Part shown: piece by piece, positions 15,200 through 28,951 of the stretch | Numbering within the stretch: the first letter of the stretch is position 1 | Layout of the letters: each line of letters starts with the position of its first letter | From: the human T2T-CHM13v2.0 reference genome, Homo sapiens | Assembly: GCF_009914755.1 (NCBI RefSeq) | Contig: NC_060938.1 | Strand: one strand, 5' to 3' | Length of the DNA: 64,000 nt | Program-made: the position numbers and the translations under genes | The notes under the pieces: generated by a model | The model's database searches: none | Told to the model about the DNA's origin: nothing | Seen by the model: the letters and a program-made list of their open reading frames with translations, nothing else

Positions 15200-15638
15200 C
15201 GCCTTCCCCGCTCGCTGTACTTCTTTTGGGGTTCGTTGGCTTGGCGAAGCGGAGAGGGGGAGGCGGAGGAGGAGAGAAGGCGGGGGTCGCGGCGGCCGAA
15301 GCCAAGAGAAAGTGGCATGCCCGAACCCTGGAGGCGGTGGTGGCGGAGGACGGGGGAAGACGATGCCGCAGCTCCGTAGGGGACGTAGGCGAGAGCAAGC
15401 GAGGCGAGCTGGGCGCCCCGGCCCCGGCCCGCTGCGGGGAGGCGCGCGCCGCTCTGAGGCTCCGGCCTCCGCACCCCCGCGCCCCGACGCTGCGGGCGAC
15501 AGGGCTTGGCTCCAGCAGCCGCCGCCGTCGCCGCCGCCGCCACCCGGAGGACCCAGCAAAAGTTTGGATCTGGGGGAGGGCGCGGCGCTGAGCGGGATTA
15601 CCACCAGGGCTGGAAGGAGACCTCGAGAACCTTTGCAG
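15200..15638 (+). other. FLRT2: Alternative non-coding first exon (start approximate)
   Basis: Most GC/CpG-dense part of the island ends at donor TTTGCAG|GTAACG (15638/15639). Confidence 0.55.
15518..15541 (+). repeat. (GCC)3 GTC (GCC)4 triplet tract in the alternative first exon
   Basis: Read directly. Confidence 0.85.
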
Positions 15639-18600
15639 GTAACGCGCGCCCCCAACCCTCTTCTTCCATGCCCCGCCGCTGCGCTCCCGCTTCCTCCCAG
15701 AGCCCTTCCTGGCCCTCGCGGGTCTGGCAGAAAGTAAGAGGGAGGCGAAGTTCAAGATCCCGGGGATGAGCACCGAGCGCTGGCAGATCACTAGTCACGT
15801 TAGAGGGGCAGCTGTGCTGAGAGGCAAATTCCCCCAGGAGTGGGTGAGAACCCTCAGCCCCAGCTGGTGCCTCATCTTGTAGCTCTTTGGAAATTTGGAA
15901 CGTGAATCCAGGGGCTTTTAGTATTCTTCAGTCCAGAGAAATGGTTCATGGATTTCACTTACCGCACGCTCCCCCCTTCACACTCTCACCCGTTTAGCAT
16001 TTTTAAAAAATGATTTGAGCCCACTCCCTACTCTCCTGCTTCGTTTAGCTGGACAGCAAATTTCAGGGGTGAAATATTGCAAGCAAAGAGGAAAAAATAT
16101 CCTTTCCCCTTTTGACATCCCTGGAATCCTCCTTCCCTCCCTTCACCTTCTGGCATCATAAAATAGGAACTTTAGAAGTTACATTTTCAGGGGTGAGGTG
16201 AAACGTGTTAGCTATTGGTGATGTGAATTTGCCACGACTGTCCGTATGTGTGTCTGTGTGTGTGCGTGTGTTTGGGGGAGGGGGTTAGTGGTGTTGCAGA
16301 GAGGCGGAATTTTTCTCGGTGGCCTGATGCGCAGTGGTCCTAAGGTAGTGAGTGGCCGCGTGTGCGCATTGAGGCGGCGGCAGCGGAGAGAAGACGGTCA
16401 CGTTTCCCGAACGGCAGCCTTACTTAGGCTAAGAAAATAGCTGCAGCTCACTCCAAAAGCAAAAAGATTCCAGCCCCAACTCCCCGACGCCCCCTTTCCC
16501 CCAACTGAGTTTTTAGTTTCAAAGCAGCTCAGCGTTTGCTGCTATCTTTATTATGATCATTATTTATTCGCCTGGAAACTCATCCTGTCTTCTCCTGTGA
16601 ATGGGAATCAGTCTTCAAGAGCTTTTGATTAATTTTAGTAAGAGAATCTCTTGTAAAGCTTACAGTTAGCTAACCAAGTGCAAGGCACAAATCCGTGTAA
16701 ACGCTCGCTCAAGAGTGCAAGGTGCTGATTAGATTTCTTTACATGCTGCATTTGCTATGCAAAGCCTCTTCTAAATGGGAGCTATTGCTCCCCACTCAGC
16801 TGGGAGGCTCTTTAATCACACAGGGTTTCAGGGCGCTTTGGAGCATGTCCACTCGCTCACAGACTTATTGCTAAATTTATTATGTCTAATTTCTCACAAC
16901 CAAAAGCTAATCTGAAGGCTAGCTTCCATATCGGACCGATATTATCTGTAGACTTAACCGGTATGACCTTAATAAATATCCAATGAAAAGCCCCCCCCCA
17001 AAAAAAAAACAACAACATTTTGAGGTAAATAGAATGCAGATTGGCATTTGTCCAGGGATATATTAGGTTGTTCAGTGTGAATGTAAAATTTTAGGTCCGT
17101 ATTTGAAGTGTTAGAACTAGATTCTCACTTGTTTTCATTACTGAACAACATGGGCCAGCTACTTATGACGGGCAAGCCACCAGCCACCATATTAGCAGAG
17201 AATCAATCTGTAGGTAATACGCATACCATGAAAAGTTGCTTCTTTCTCCACAGCGTTATTGCGTCTGAGAATACTACTTCTCTTCCTCCCCTCCTTGAAA
17301 GCCCGAAACAGGATAGGGTTAAACCATTTAGGGATTTTTTAATAATCACTGAAGACAGTGCAACACCATACTGTCATGTTGAGTTGCAAATATCTTTGAC
17401 TGGAGGAGGTTGGAAGATGAAATTTCAAACATTATTCCATGTCTCTGCCAGTAGAGATACAAGAAATTGTAAAAAGAATTGGGCTAGCTGTACTGTAGCA
17501 GAACCTATTACAAACCTAGCATGGAAGGAATGCTGTTTTGTTTTTTTTTTTTTTTTTTTTTTTTTGTTGTTGTTGTTGTTGTTGTTTTAAAGCCCATGTC
17601 TTAACACTTCAGTAGTTTCATTGCAGTTTTAGAAATTCCAGGGGATGCTTTTAGCAGAAGAAAGTAGATTCCCAAATGACACCATGCTGGGCTACCCTGG
17701 AGTCCCCAAAGCAGTCCTGGCTTTTCCTGTATGTTAGGTTTCAGATGATGTGATCATATACGAGTTTGACTTTGACCGGCTGGATCTAATTTGAACCTTC
17801 TCTGATGCCCGTTACATTTATATTCTGGCCTGCTGGAGAGTTTGATTTAGGATTTAGACAACTTTATATTTTCCCAGTTTGAAGCTGTGGTTTTAAGAAA
17901 GGCTCAAGTATGTACAAGTCCAGAAGCTTTATTCTGTAGAGACCCAGTGTGAACATCTGATCTAGTTTGACTCTTGAGCTTTGTACTTTACAAGGAAGAA
18001 TTCCTGCTTCTGGGATCTGAAGCGTCTGAAGTTAAAAAACAGCAAGGGTGCCGAGCGGCTTTTGGTTTTGCTCTCTGTTTAGAAGATTCAAAAAAGGTCA
18101 AGGTGATGTAATATTTGTATTCAGGTCAGACTTTTCTGGATAATCATCTTTTGATATCTTTAATTTCAATTCGAGTTCCTTTTTCACTAGATTACTTTAA
18201 TAACTTTGTGATTTCTGCTACAGTGATTCAAATTCAGTCCATTAGTGACCTCTATCTGTGAGAAGTGAATACTCATGGTTTTTTTTTTTTTTCCTTCTCA
18301 TCAAAGTCTGAAGATGACGTCAGGGTGCTGGGGGTGAATCCCAACAGTTCTGTAGTTCTTTCTGGATATTTCAGTTTACCTAATTTGATTTTTCTAATAC
18401 AGAGTTCAATATGGATAATGACATTTAATTACAGTAATAAAAATGTTATGGACTAATAGAGAGGCAACTAAATGGTTATTCCATATAGCATTGACAGTGT
18501 GATCAACATAAATAAAACACCAGAGCTATCCACTGCCAATGAAGGGATTGTACAGTCAGGCTGACTATTGTTTTGGGACTCACAATGCTGCTGAATGTAA

Positions 18601-19238
18601 GTGAAATTTTATTGCTCCTAAGTGCTTACATAACAAGGGAAACTTGAGACGAGCTCAGAATATGTATGTGGTAACTAGACTTCATGGTAGCTGTGTGTAT
18701 ATGTCTTTAAATTCTGCTGTGCTTCTACTGTGAACTTATGGTACAGATCAAAGAGTGTGAGAAGAGTATTTATAAACAGATGGTCCTTTTAAGGAGACTT
18801 TAAAAATCTGATTCCTAATCCAGGTTTGTCTTGTGAGGGTTTTCAGATAGAAATTTCAATTTTAGCCGATTATTTCAAATGCTAATTGAAGACAAAGTTT
18901 ACTGAATTTCTTAGGTGGGTGGATACCATTATCTGACATTTTCCAGATGGTTTTTGATCTAGTGGTATTTGGGGATATGGAATTTTTAGGAGGTTTTCTT
19001 TCTTTTCCCTTGGGCAATTTTTACACAAAAGACTTTTTTAAGACTAGCTATTATTATTATTAAAGTTAAACAACCATTATCTTACTTCAGACAACTTTCT
19101 TACTTTTTCTACTCTCCAAATTGCTTTTGTGCAATTATATCTTTCTTCTAAAACTACATGTCGCGAATTGACGTATCAGTATACTTTTACTCCTTTCAGT
19201 AATAAAGGACCTCCAATTACGTATCTGTTTATAGTAAA

Positions 19239-19269
19239 ACACACACACACACACACACAACACACACAT
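19239..19269. repeat. (CA)n microsatellite, interrupted
   Basis: Read directly. Confidence 0.9.
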
Positions 19270-22200
19270 ACATCAAGAACCATTTTAAGACAGAGATTCT
19301 TTTCAAGGTTTGAACTATGTTCCTTTTTTAAAGGCTATGACACAAATATTGTAATAAAAATATCCTGTGTTCTGATGAATACAGAGACTTATTTCATTCT
19401 CATGGAACAGTAAAACACTGTACTAGTAAAATAATCAGTGGTATTTTGAGTACATGGTCAAAATCTGTTAGAACCTTCATGTTTTGTTTTTTTTTTTTTC
19501 TTCCTTAGCGAATTTCACATCTACTGGTGTTTTTGGTTTTCTTTGATTCCTTCTACTGTGGCTCTTTGAAGTGATTCAAAATTAAACAGTAGCTACTTTT
19601 TCAGGGAAATTCATCATGTTGTGTTCAGGATTCCAGAAGAGTTAATGATGCAGAAAAAGTTCTGTAAAACATCTTTCTAAAAGAAGTCCTTCTCTTGCAA
19701 GCCTCCCACTTACTGGCCTCCTGTACCATTTGCAGTGAATTGGAACTCCGTTATTTATTTATTTTTCAAATACCACCTCTAACTTAATTTAATGTAGGAT
19801 GTGTTCCTGCAAAAGTGTGCAGTGCCATGTGCCTTGAGTCACCCAAACAAAGCAGTGTCATTGTTACATCCGGATCTGTTAATCAGGGAAGGTCAAAGAA
19901 AATATTCTTATATAATTTGGAAAGTCAAAAGGACACGTTGATGATTCTCAAACACTGGTCGGTTATTCTGCTGATACTTACTAAGGACATACTTTTTCTG
20001 GCAGTTTAATGGTTAAAGACCTCAGCCATTTTTGAAGCATTCACAAAGTAACTCTCTGGAGCTACTAACCATTAGATGCTCATTAGAACTGAGCAGTTTT
20101 TCCCCCCACTTTGTTCCCAGGTTACTTTTAAGGGAATGTGCAAGAAACTTGGAAAAAGGTCTTCTGTTCCCTTCAGTTCACATGTCATACCTTATATTTC
20201 AGTTCTCTTTATTAGAGCTTTCAAGACACAGATAAAAGAATCTTCCATCTGAACCCCTTAAGAACCTAAGGGCTTTTGGATTTCAACCCACTGAAAAAAT
20301 ATCAGGTCCCAAAGTTTATAGATGATATTAGGCCTCAGAACAATTGAAACCACCTTCAGCAGGGAGCAAAAGAACAGTGGCTCCTAAAATTGGTTCACAA
20401 ATATACTGTCCATTGAAGTCAACAGAGGTCATATGGCTGAATGGAAAACATTAGACGCATATCAGTCCTGAAATAGGTTCACATGCTGGTGTCACTCTTA
20501 GCCCCAGCTGCCTCTACATGTCACGTTCATCAGAATCTAGCATCTAAACAGCCTCTGTAATGATTTCCTCTCCCACTTTGCTCCCAAAATTGGACTCAAG
20601 TACTTAGACAAAGGAAATAATGCAAGAAATTATAATATTCATCATATCTAATAGACAAAGTGGAGGTAAGAGGTTTGTTTGCGTGCATAGGGGCCATAGA
20701 GGTTCCAGGAATCTCTTTTTAAGATTGATTTTGAGAGCACATTCGTATCCACCCTCATCACTCCGGGCCCTTACATTTTCCAGTTCTCACATCCAGGATT
20801 TCATTTATTTCTCACAACTGCCTCTGAATTTATACAGGAAAGTCCTACCTGCCTCACTTCTGATTGGGTAACTGGAGCCAGAAAGAAGTTAAGGGCTACT
20901 AAGGCTGGGCATTTTACATTTTATCATACAGATGTAGAATTCTGCAGATAGAATTGAGAAGTTCCATTCTTTATGAAACCACCCAAAATGATGAGAGTTG
21001 TTTGTTTTCGTTGGAACAGTAAAAAAAATCACAAGCCTAGAAATATTTTGATTTAAAATAATAGCATTTCACTCTTCAGCATTAGATTAGATGACAAGTT
21101 TACCTGTTCTGAATGAGTATAATCCTATGATGTACGTATTTGGCACTTTGTGGTGGGGAGTGAGAAATAAATGAGATTGCTTTAGGGGAAGGAAAAGAAA
21201 ACCTACATTCTCATGTCAGCATACTTCTTTCTATATTCAGCCTTGTATGAATTACTTAATCTCCTGGAGACTTAATTTCCTCTCTACAGAGTTCAACAGA
21301 GTTGTTGAGAGGTCACATAAGATTAATGTGTGTGAAAATACCTTGATAACAATACAGTGTTATATTCCTATAAAGAGGCATTATTCAAATTGATAACATT
21401 TATCACTGCATGCCTGTCTTGTGCTATGATAGACTAGGTTTTATATAAATAAAATGGTAACCAAGACAGAGTCCTGCCTTTCAGGAGCTTTCGCTCTTAC
21501 GGCCTCAAGAGATATCATCTAACCAATACACTGGCTGCTAGCCCCTGCATCATTTCTTCCATTCAGTTAATAATGGATTATCTCCTTTTCTGAGTTTGCG
21601 CTATTTTGATGAAAGTATCCATTTTAAGGATAAATGATAATTAGGGTGAGTTGAGTTCAAGGGTCAAACTTTTCTTTTGATTTTGGAAAGAGTTAATTTT
21701 GAGGATTTTTTTTGGAAAAATAAATCATCAATGTTTTCTGAAATGAGGTCGTTTCTCTTTTTGACTGGATTTACAGTTTAACTATCCAGGTTACCTTTTG
21801 CAAACACACACCAATAGAAATACAATGATTTTTTAAAATTTTGTTTTGCAAAATAAGGCAGGCTAGTGCAAAAGGGACATTTTGTAGTTTGGCAAACCTC
21901 CTCAACCCATTAACAGTGAATAGAAAGACAATTTATTATGAAGCCAACGTGTATTCCAAAGCTTGGCTTTATTTTGATGTTAGTGTCATTAAACCCTGTG
22001 GAACAGTTCTTTACAGTGTATTTCTGCATGTTTTGTTCAGTTCTGTTTTTACTATTGTCAAATCTGAGACTCTTAATTTTAAAGGTTCCAAGAGTGAGCA
22101 TGTTTATTTCTCTTTGCTAAATTGTTTACATTTAGACCTTTGTAAAGGTTAATTCTTAATTGTTTTTCTGTTGCATAGTTGAAGGCTTCAGAAAACAAAT

Positions 22201-24637
22201 GCCTTGGTGAAATCTATATTTATAAAATACGTGGTTGGATCCCGATTCTTGGCCAAAATGAGTATTTCTTTCGGTGATTTGAGGTATGAAGTCTGTATCC
22301 AACAACATTCTTTTCAATCTATGATTTGCTATTGTCGGAGTTCTGACACTTGCTTTTTTAATGTTTTTTTTTTAAAGTTGATTAGTACTTTAGCAGTACA
22401 TTGTAAAGTATGTGGCCACAGAACTGTATTTTAACATGGAAAATTACTTGCATAGTTCGGCAAAATTAATCTGAATACCTTTTGTACTGGCAGTGTTGAA
22501 TGATATAATATTTGAAGAGAGAAAATATTTGCTACTACTTTAAAGAGGTCTACTAATAAAATGAGAATCATCTGTAGGTATATATGTGGGGAGTTAGTAC
22601 GTGTTTATATCTCTGAAATGCACCAACAAATATAAGTCTTATGTACTATGGGGAGGAAGTATGGTTATAGCCTGAAGCTAGGTAGTGCCAGTTTAGCACA
22701 TATGTCCTTAATATGATAAAAATAGTGATGTAACCCAAATAGTTTTTAATTGGTGATTTTCTTTTTCCAAATAGGTCTTAGGGAAACTGTAAATGAAGAA
22801 AAGTACAAAATGCAATCAGAAAATATATTTAAGTCTGACTGGCCTGATCTTCATGAAGGAGATATTCTTATGGAGGTTTCACCAAATGAAGAAAGCTTGC
22901 TCATTCATTCAGGAGATGATTTTTAGCACTATCCATGAACTGGGCATGGAGTAAGATGGGACAGGCCAAAAGTAGGTAAGGCATGATCCCTCCACTTGAG
23001 GCCAGCTAGGCTAGTGAGCAGAGAGGTAGACACAAAACCTAATTGCATTGCAGTTTTATACAAGATTGAAGGGAGTGCAGTCAACACTAAGTATGCCAGA
23101 AACTCATAGTGTTAGTGAAAAGAGCTCTTCATTTGGAGATGGACAGTCTTACTCTTTGTCTCCTTAAGTAGAAAATGGAGGAAAATGGAGGAGTAGCTCT
23201 TTCTACTCCTAGAGCTATTAATTTTAGGATTGAGATAATTCTTTAAAATGTCTACCTGTTCTGGCACATAGGAGAGGCCTAATGAATGCCGACTGTAGGT
23301 CCTTCTGTCTCCAAAATGATAATGATTTCATTGTCTTACCATTACCTTCTACTGACTTGTCTCAGTTTGGGGAATGAACTGGGTCCTAACTTGGACTTTA
23401 TTTGTTCATTGAAAGCATAGCCTTTGTGGCAATTAATGGGTTTATACCCACCCCCATGCCTTCTACCTCACAGCCATGTGTCCTTCTGCCGATGACACCA
23501 GTGCCTGCAGCTTCCAAGGAGTTCCATGTCTAGACTATGACACTGAGCTCAGTGAGCCATGGTTATGTCCTTGCCAAAGTACAAAGATTTTTATCAAAAT
23601 GAATTTTAACAACTTTCCTCACACAATTCACTTTATACATGACTCTTGGCAGAGTCATGAAAATATTTTATTGTAGAAGATTAGCATGTAAATTATCGTT
23701 ATGCTTGCTTAAGGCTTATTCTATCCTTATAGAATGATTATACCTTGCTGTGTACATTGGAATCAGAATGATACTCTTGGGCTATGAGTTCATTGTGGAA
23801 CTATTTCTTTCAGAAGATAATTTTCAATTAAGTAAAGGAACTTCTTACTGTTTCTACTGCAGATACTTCTGAACAAATAGCAGTGTTCAGATGTCCTGGT
23901 AAAAATACATGGTACTGGGGTTATTTTTCATTTATCATTATAATTGCATGTATGTATAGTATAATTTCTGTGTTCCATTCAACATTTGAGATTTGCCCCT
24001 GTTTTTTTCAACACTGTGAATCCGTAAATTTATTGATGTAAGAAAGCTATATTTAACAAGATGTTAGGCATGCCCCAGACCTCCAAGCTAGGAAACACAT
24101 AGGCTTTTTCTGTTAAGATCACATAATATATAATGTAATATATACATATAATTAATCAAATTGGACCTGAGAGAAGCAGGCACTAGAGTGTATTTTGTAA
24201 GCTGTTAACATCTTAGTAAGTAGCTTCTGAACCAACATTCAACCCAGCATAAAACAAAAAGACCTTGTTTTGCTACTTTAGGAAATGTAAGAGAGATTAA
24301 AATTCTTTGGGAAATGGTTTTAAAAAGTAGTTTTGTACTCAGATAGGTAAAGAACAAGTCCAGTGGTGCTGACAGCAATGGAATTTAAAACTTGATTCTA
24401 ATAATCTCTGAGTCCCGAAGGAATGCCACGCAGACATCCGTTTGAGTCACGAGCTTGTAACTGAGGATTTGACAAAGATTGAGTCCTCACTGTGTGCCAG
24501 GCACCATGCTAAATTTTGTGCTAGGCACTTGGGATACTCTTTCAGACAAGACTTTGTCCCTGCTCACAGAGAAATCTGATAGGTTGGCCTATAGTCACTC
24601 TTTTCTAAACTTGACCTATCTACCTGAATTAACCGAA

Positions 24638-24890
24638 GGAGCTGGTTAGAAATACAGATTCCTGGGCCAAGAAGAAGAACCTAAAGTCCAACTTCCTGTA
24701 ACCATCAACACATTTAACCCTGTAAGTTTAGAGTTTATTGTAACCTTCTCATGCCCTTTGCTATACTCAGTGTGCAAATCATGAAGACTAAGGTGGATCC
24801 TGTTTTGGTGGAGATTCTGATGTGTTAAGTCTGTGATGAAACCTGGGAATGTGAGTTCTTGAAAGCTCCCATTATTGGAAATCACTGAGC
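24638..24890. mobile_element. MER5-family hAT-Charlie element split by a ~140-bp insertion
   Basis: GAGCTGGTTAGAAATACAGATTCCTGGGCC | insert | GAGATTCTGA...AAGTCTG...GGGAAT...AAGCTCCC matches MER5 sequence on both sides. Confidence 0.65.
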
Positions 24891-26396
24891 TAGATAGTTT
24901 TTAGAATTTTTTTTCTGACCGGAGAATCAGTGCTTTTTATAGTTGTCTGACTTGTAGTCACTTGTGACTTTCTGAAAGTTTTTCTGTGTATTTTGCCACA
25001 TAGAAAATATTGCTCAATTTAACTCCATCTGCTAGAAAAGTACCTTCAGAGAGGCTAGATATCAGGGCTGGCTTCTCTCTTGGTAGCGGCAGTCTCCTGT
25101 CTGTTCTCCCCACCATCAGTGTCCCCTAAACCATTGTACTGTTTTTGGTGTCCCCAGAATTAATTTTCTAAAAAAAAAAAAATAAAGAAATCACATCATA
25201 TTCCTTTAGAAACCTATATCTTTGGATAAAGCCCATCAAAACTTGTTATCATGCCATGCAAGATCCGTGACAATCTAGATCTCAAACCACTCCTCAGACC
25301 TCATTGTTCAGCACCCATCCCCTGTACCCTCATGCCAAACATGGTGAGGCATGGCCCTCTTGATACTTTGCCTTTCCCATGCTGTTTACCATTTACCTAG
25401 AACATTATCGCATACTCTCCATTTGGCAAACTCTTCCTTTAAGAGGCACGTGGATGACACTTTCCCTCCTGGTTACTCCTTTCTCTGGGCTTCTACAGAG
25501 TTTTGTTTGAACTTTGATTGGTTCTCTGTTTATATTGTATTATAAAATGTGTCTGCTTACATGTCTATCTCGCTCATTAGACTTCAGGAACTTTGGCCCA
25601 TTCATTTCATCTCTGTGGTGCTAACAGAGTTGCCCAGTGTACCGCATTCTGCAAAAATGTAATTGAGTTAGTAAATGGAATAGCACTGACCAGACCTGGA
25701 ACACAAGAAGATCTTCATAATCCAGTGAGAAGGACTGCTTCCTCAGAAGTATTTTTTTATTCCCATAGATTGATTACCCAGTGGAGGGGGAAATACAACC
25801 ACCACCTTTCTGCCTTACTCTGAGCAGGTTTGTCAGACAAATATTGGCTGGTAAACCCAACCTTGATCAGCAGCAAGCTTTCCAAACCACACATGAGGCA
25901 ATTCATATGCCACACTGGATAGGTCTGTTTAAAGAATAATAATTTCGCTTGATGATACACCTTTCTTGGCACTGAGTAAAACTATCGGTTACGTAGATGT
26001 TCACACAGATGTGGTTTTCCACAGAATGAGAAATTTAACTCAGCATTAACTTTGTGTATCTGTCTTGGCATAATTAACAAGAGCAAAGCAAAGGTCTTGT
26101 GAAATTTTGTGCATTTGCTCTCTTCTTTATTTTTTGCTTGTTATTATTTTGTTTATTTCATCCTAGGCCCATTATTTCCTGATAGAGGCCTCTGAGGACC
26201 CAGGGCTCTCCAGAGAAGGGAAAAGAAGGCTAGAAATCACAACGCCTTAATTTGGCTCCACAAAATAGGATCCATCTTTAGTCTTCATGATTTGCACATT
26301 GAGTACAGCACAAAGCTTGGGAAGGTTACAATAAATCTAAATTTATATGGTTTAATGTGTTGATGGTTACAGGAAGTTGGACTTTAGGTTCTTCTT
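24672..26396. repeat. Inverted repeat: arms 24672-24813 and 26256-26396
   Basis: Manual alignment: first 43 nt identical, 13 substitutions and 3 single-base indels overall (~89%). Confidence 0.95.
25190..25680 (+). mobile_element. L2 fragment(s), degraded; strand uncertain
   Basis: L2 3'-like phrases (CCTTTCCCATGCTGTT, TTCATCTCTGTG...CCAGTG). Confidence 0.45.
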
Positions 26397-28951
26397 GTGG
26401 GCCAAAAGAAAATTCAAACAATACTTTGTTAAGTTTCGCGGTAGATTGCCATTTGATGGACAAAGTTGACTTGCATGCAAGTGGTGTATTTGCAAACACA
26501 CATTAAACACACTTCAATCCCTTCCTCCCCTTTTTTCAGCAAAACTTTTCAGTGGCTGAAAAGAGTAGAAGAGGATAGAGCACAGTTTGATATGCCCCTT
26601 CCTAGCCTTTGGTTTCATCTGGGCTGTCTGCATGTTGGGAATACTTCCCAAGCCAGTGGGAAACACGTGAAAAAACACATGAGATGATTTTTGATCAGAC
26701 ACTACCCCTTAATACTGGAGGCTTATAACACCACCCCAGATCTTTTCATGTTAATTTATGAGACTGTTTAGAAACAATGTGCTCTCCTGGTTTCTTGAAT
26801 TACAAAGAGTATTGGCAGGGCCAACTTCTTATCCAGAAGTCCAGTAATAACAACAGTAACAACAATATTAATAATGATATTGATCGTAAGGTTTATTTAG
26901 AGTGCTGTTTATGCAGTTCATGTATATTATCTCATCTAAACCTTGTACAGTAGGTTCTGTTGATAAAAGTTGTGAATAGCCCCATTTTACACAAAGGGAA
27001 ACTGAAGTAGAGAGAGTTGCCTCAGATTGTTTGTTTTACTTTAGAGTTATTATTAATTGTCTTAAAAGGGTAGATGGACACTGGATAATTTCCAAAATCA
27101 ACTCAAAATTTATTTGTCCATGGCTTAAAAATCAAATTCAGAGGTGATTACTCACTGTCCAGTAGGTATAAATGATGAGCTGCTAACCAGTGGTCCAACT
27201 TTCTATATTTGTCTTTTCGAGTAGACAACTGCCTAAGAAATCATTAGTTAGTCTGCCACTTTTGGGTGAAAGAGATTCATGAGTCTCTCAATGTATTTCT
27301 GTAACATGGAAATAGTGAAGAATCATTAATTTGAAAACAAAGCATGACAACTTCTAGCACATTTTCAGTACTAAGGAAAGCTTGTGGATACATGCCTAAT
27401 GATTAGGGGCTATATTTATTGTAGAGAACACTCTCCATTTTTTCCCCTTACCCTTTTACCAGCACTGCTAAATGGATTGATTTGAGATTCACCTCTTTTT
27501 CCCTGTGGAGGTGATAATGGACAACGGAATGACCAGAGGGAAGATAATAGCATAAAGTGTGTGGCCTCTGAGAGGGCCTGGGAAAAATGGAGAATTGACT
27601 GTGTTATTAATAGGTCAGCTTCACTGGTTTTCAAAATCTATGTAATTGCTCAGGCGGTAAGCTTTTATTGGGTGAAAAAATGATGAGAGATGGGCTCGGA
27701 AAGGCTTGTTCCACATTGATGAATGGAAAATAAGCACAGTATGTGCTTGCAAATCTTTACACTATTGAATTAGATTTTTGACCATCCCTCGCTTTTTGCA
27801 CTTTCTGTGGTTGCACTCATCTCTACATGTATGAAAGTTGTGTTTTTTGAATTCTAGGGTTGTAATTAAGACCCTTCAGTTATTTGTCCATGGTATTTCT
27901 CTGTAAATATTATTAATACTGTCGAAATTATGTGATCCATTCCTTAATTCCTTCACTTCCCTTTAAGTAGCTAGACTGTGGCTTCTGTCACTTCTGTGTT
28001 CTTTTGTCACCATCTGCTCATTACCTGTCAAGAGGGGACTGTGAATTATTTCTGCCCTGGGCCAGTCTAATGGAATCCTTGGTGGGGCTGTTTAGGGAAG
28101 TAGGTACTACTTAGGTGTGGTAGCAGTTAGGTGAATGGCTCCACAGCCAGCCAGCTCCATTACCACATGAAAGCACCAGCAGCATTTGGCTTCCTGGTGA
28201 ATTCTGTGGTGTTTCTTCTGTCTATGGAAGTGCAAATTTAGCTGAATTGGGTAGAACCGAAACCCTTGCCCTCTGCAATTTGCTCCTGAAAAATGATCAG
28301 GCCCTATAAAGGAAACCTTAACATACCAATGTCTCTGCTGCTAGAAATGGCTTCCTTGTTTGTCTGGACTACATGCATCCGTCAAGAATCAGCCTATGGC
28401 ATGGTGTCCCTCTTCCTTCCCTCCAAGTGCTGAACTCACTTGGGTTTTCCACTGGACTTCAGTGTCACTGTGTTTTAGAATGAACTAAACATTCCCAATA
28501 AAGTCCTACTTGTGCTGAATTAACATTTCTTTATTAAACAAAATATGCTGCCTAGAATCAGTAGTTTGAGTCTTCTTTGATTACTGTCTTTTATTCATCG
28601 TCACGTGTTCTGTCACTAGTCTTAGGCACTTAAAACAAATTTCTGTTTTGATTATCCTGGGGTCATTGTAATTAAGCCCATATTTCTCCTTCCCTTTCAT
28701 CTTTCCTTTCCTGACCTGCACACCAATTACATTACTCTTCCTCATTCTTGTGCTGACAATATTACTCTCCATTGTTTAGAGGATCAAGTCTAAACTCCCC
28801 AGTTTGACTTTCAAGGTCCCTCTTTCTCAAACTTTCCCTAGTCTTTCCAAAGAAAGTTATTCTTCCCTTCTGACCTAAATTTAGGATGTGTCCCCATTTT
28901 TATCTGCATAGTAGCCCCAATGTGATGTAAAATTTTACCAAATACTTTGTC

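Larger units (their letters stand above)
10950..16500. promoter_or_regulatory. Large CpG island / multi-TSS promoter region
   Basis: Abrupt rise in GC and CpG density over AT-rich flanks; E-box CACGTG 11615-11620; GC boxes; FOX motif TGTAAACA 14912-14919. Confidence 0.92.

Noticed and set aside
14667-15791. 374-aa, 230-aa and 220-aa ORFs in the CpG island
   Set aside because: Overlapping ORFs in several frames on both strands, rich in Arg/Pro/Ala/Gly, are expected from stop-codon depletion in GC-rich DNA; no recognisable domain.
16928-16942. Palindrome ATATCGG-A-CCGATAT
   Set aside because: A 7-bp arm palindrome is plausible by chance in 64 kb and I can assign no factor.
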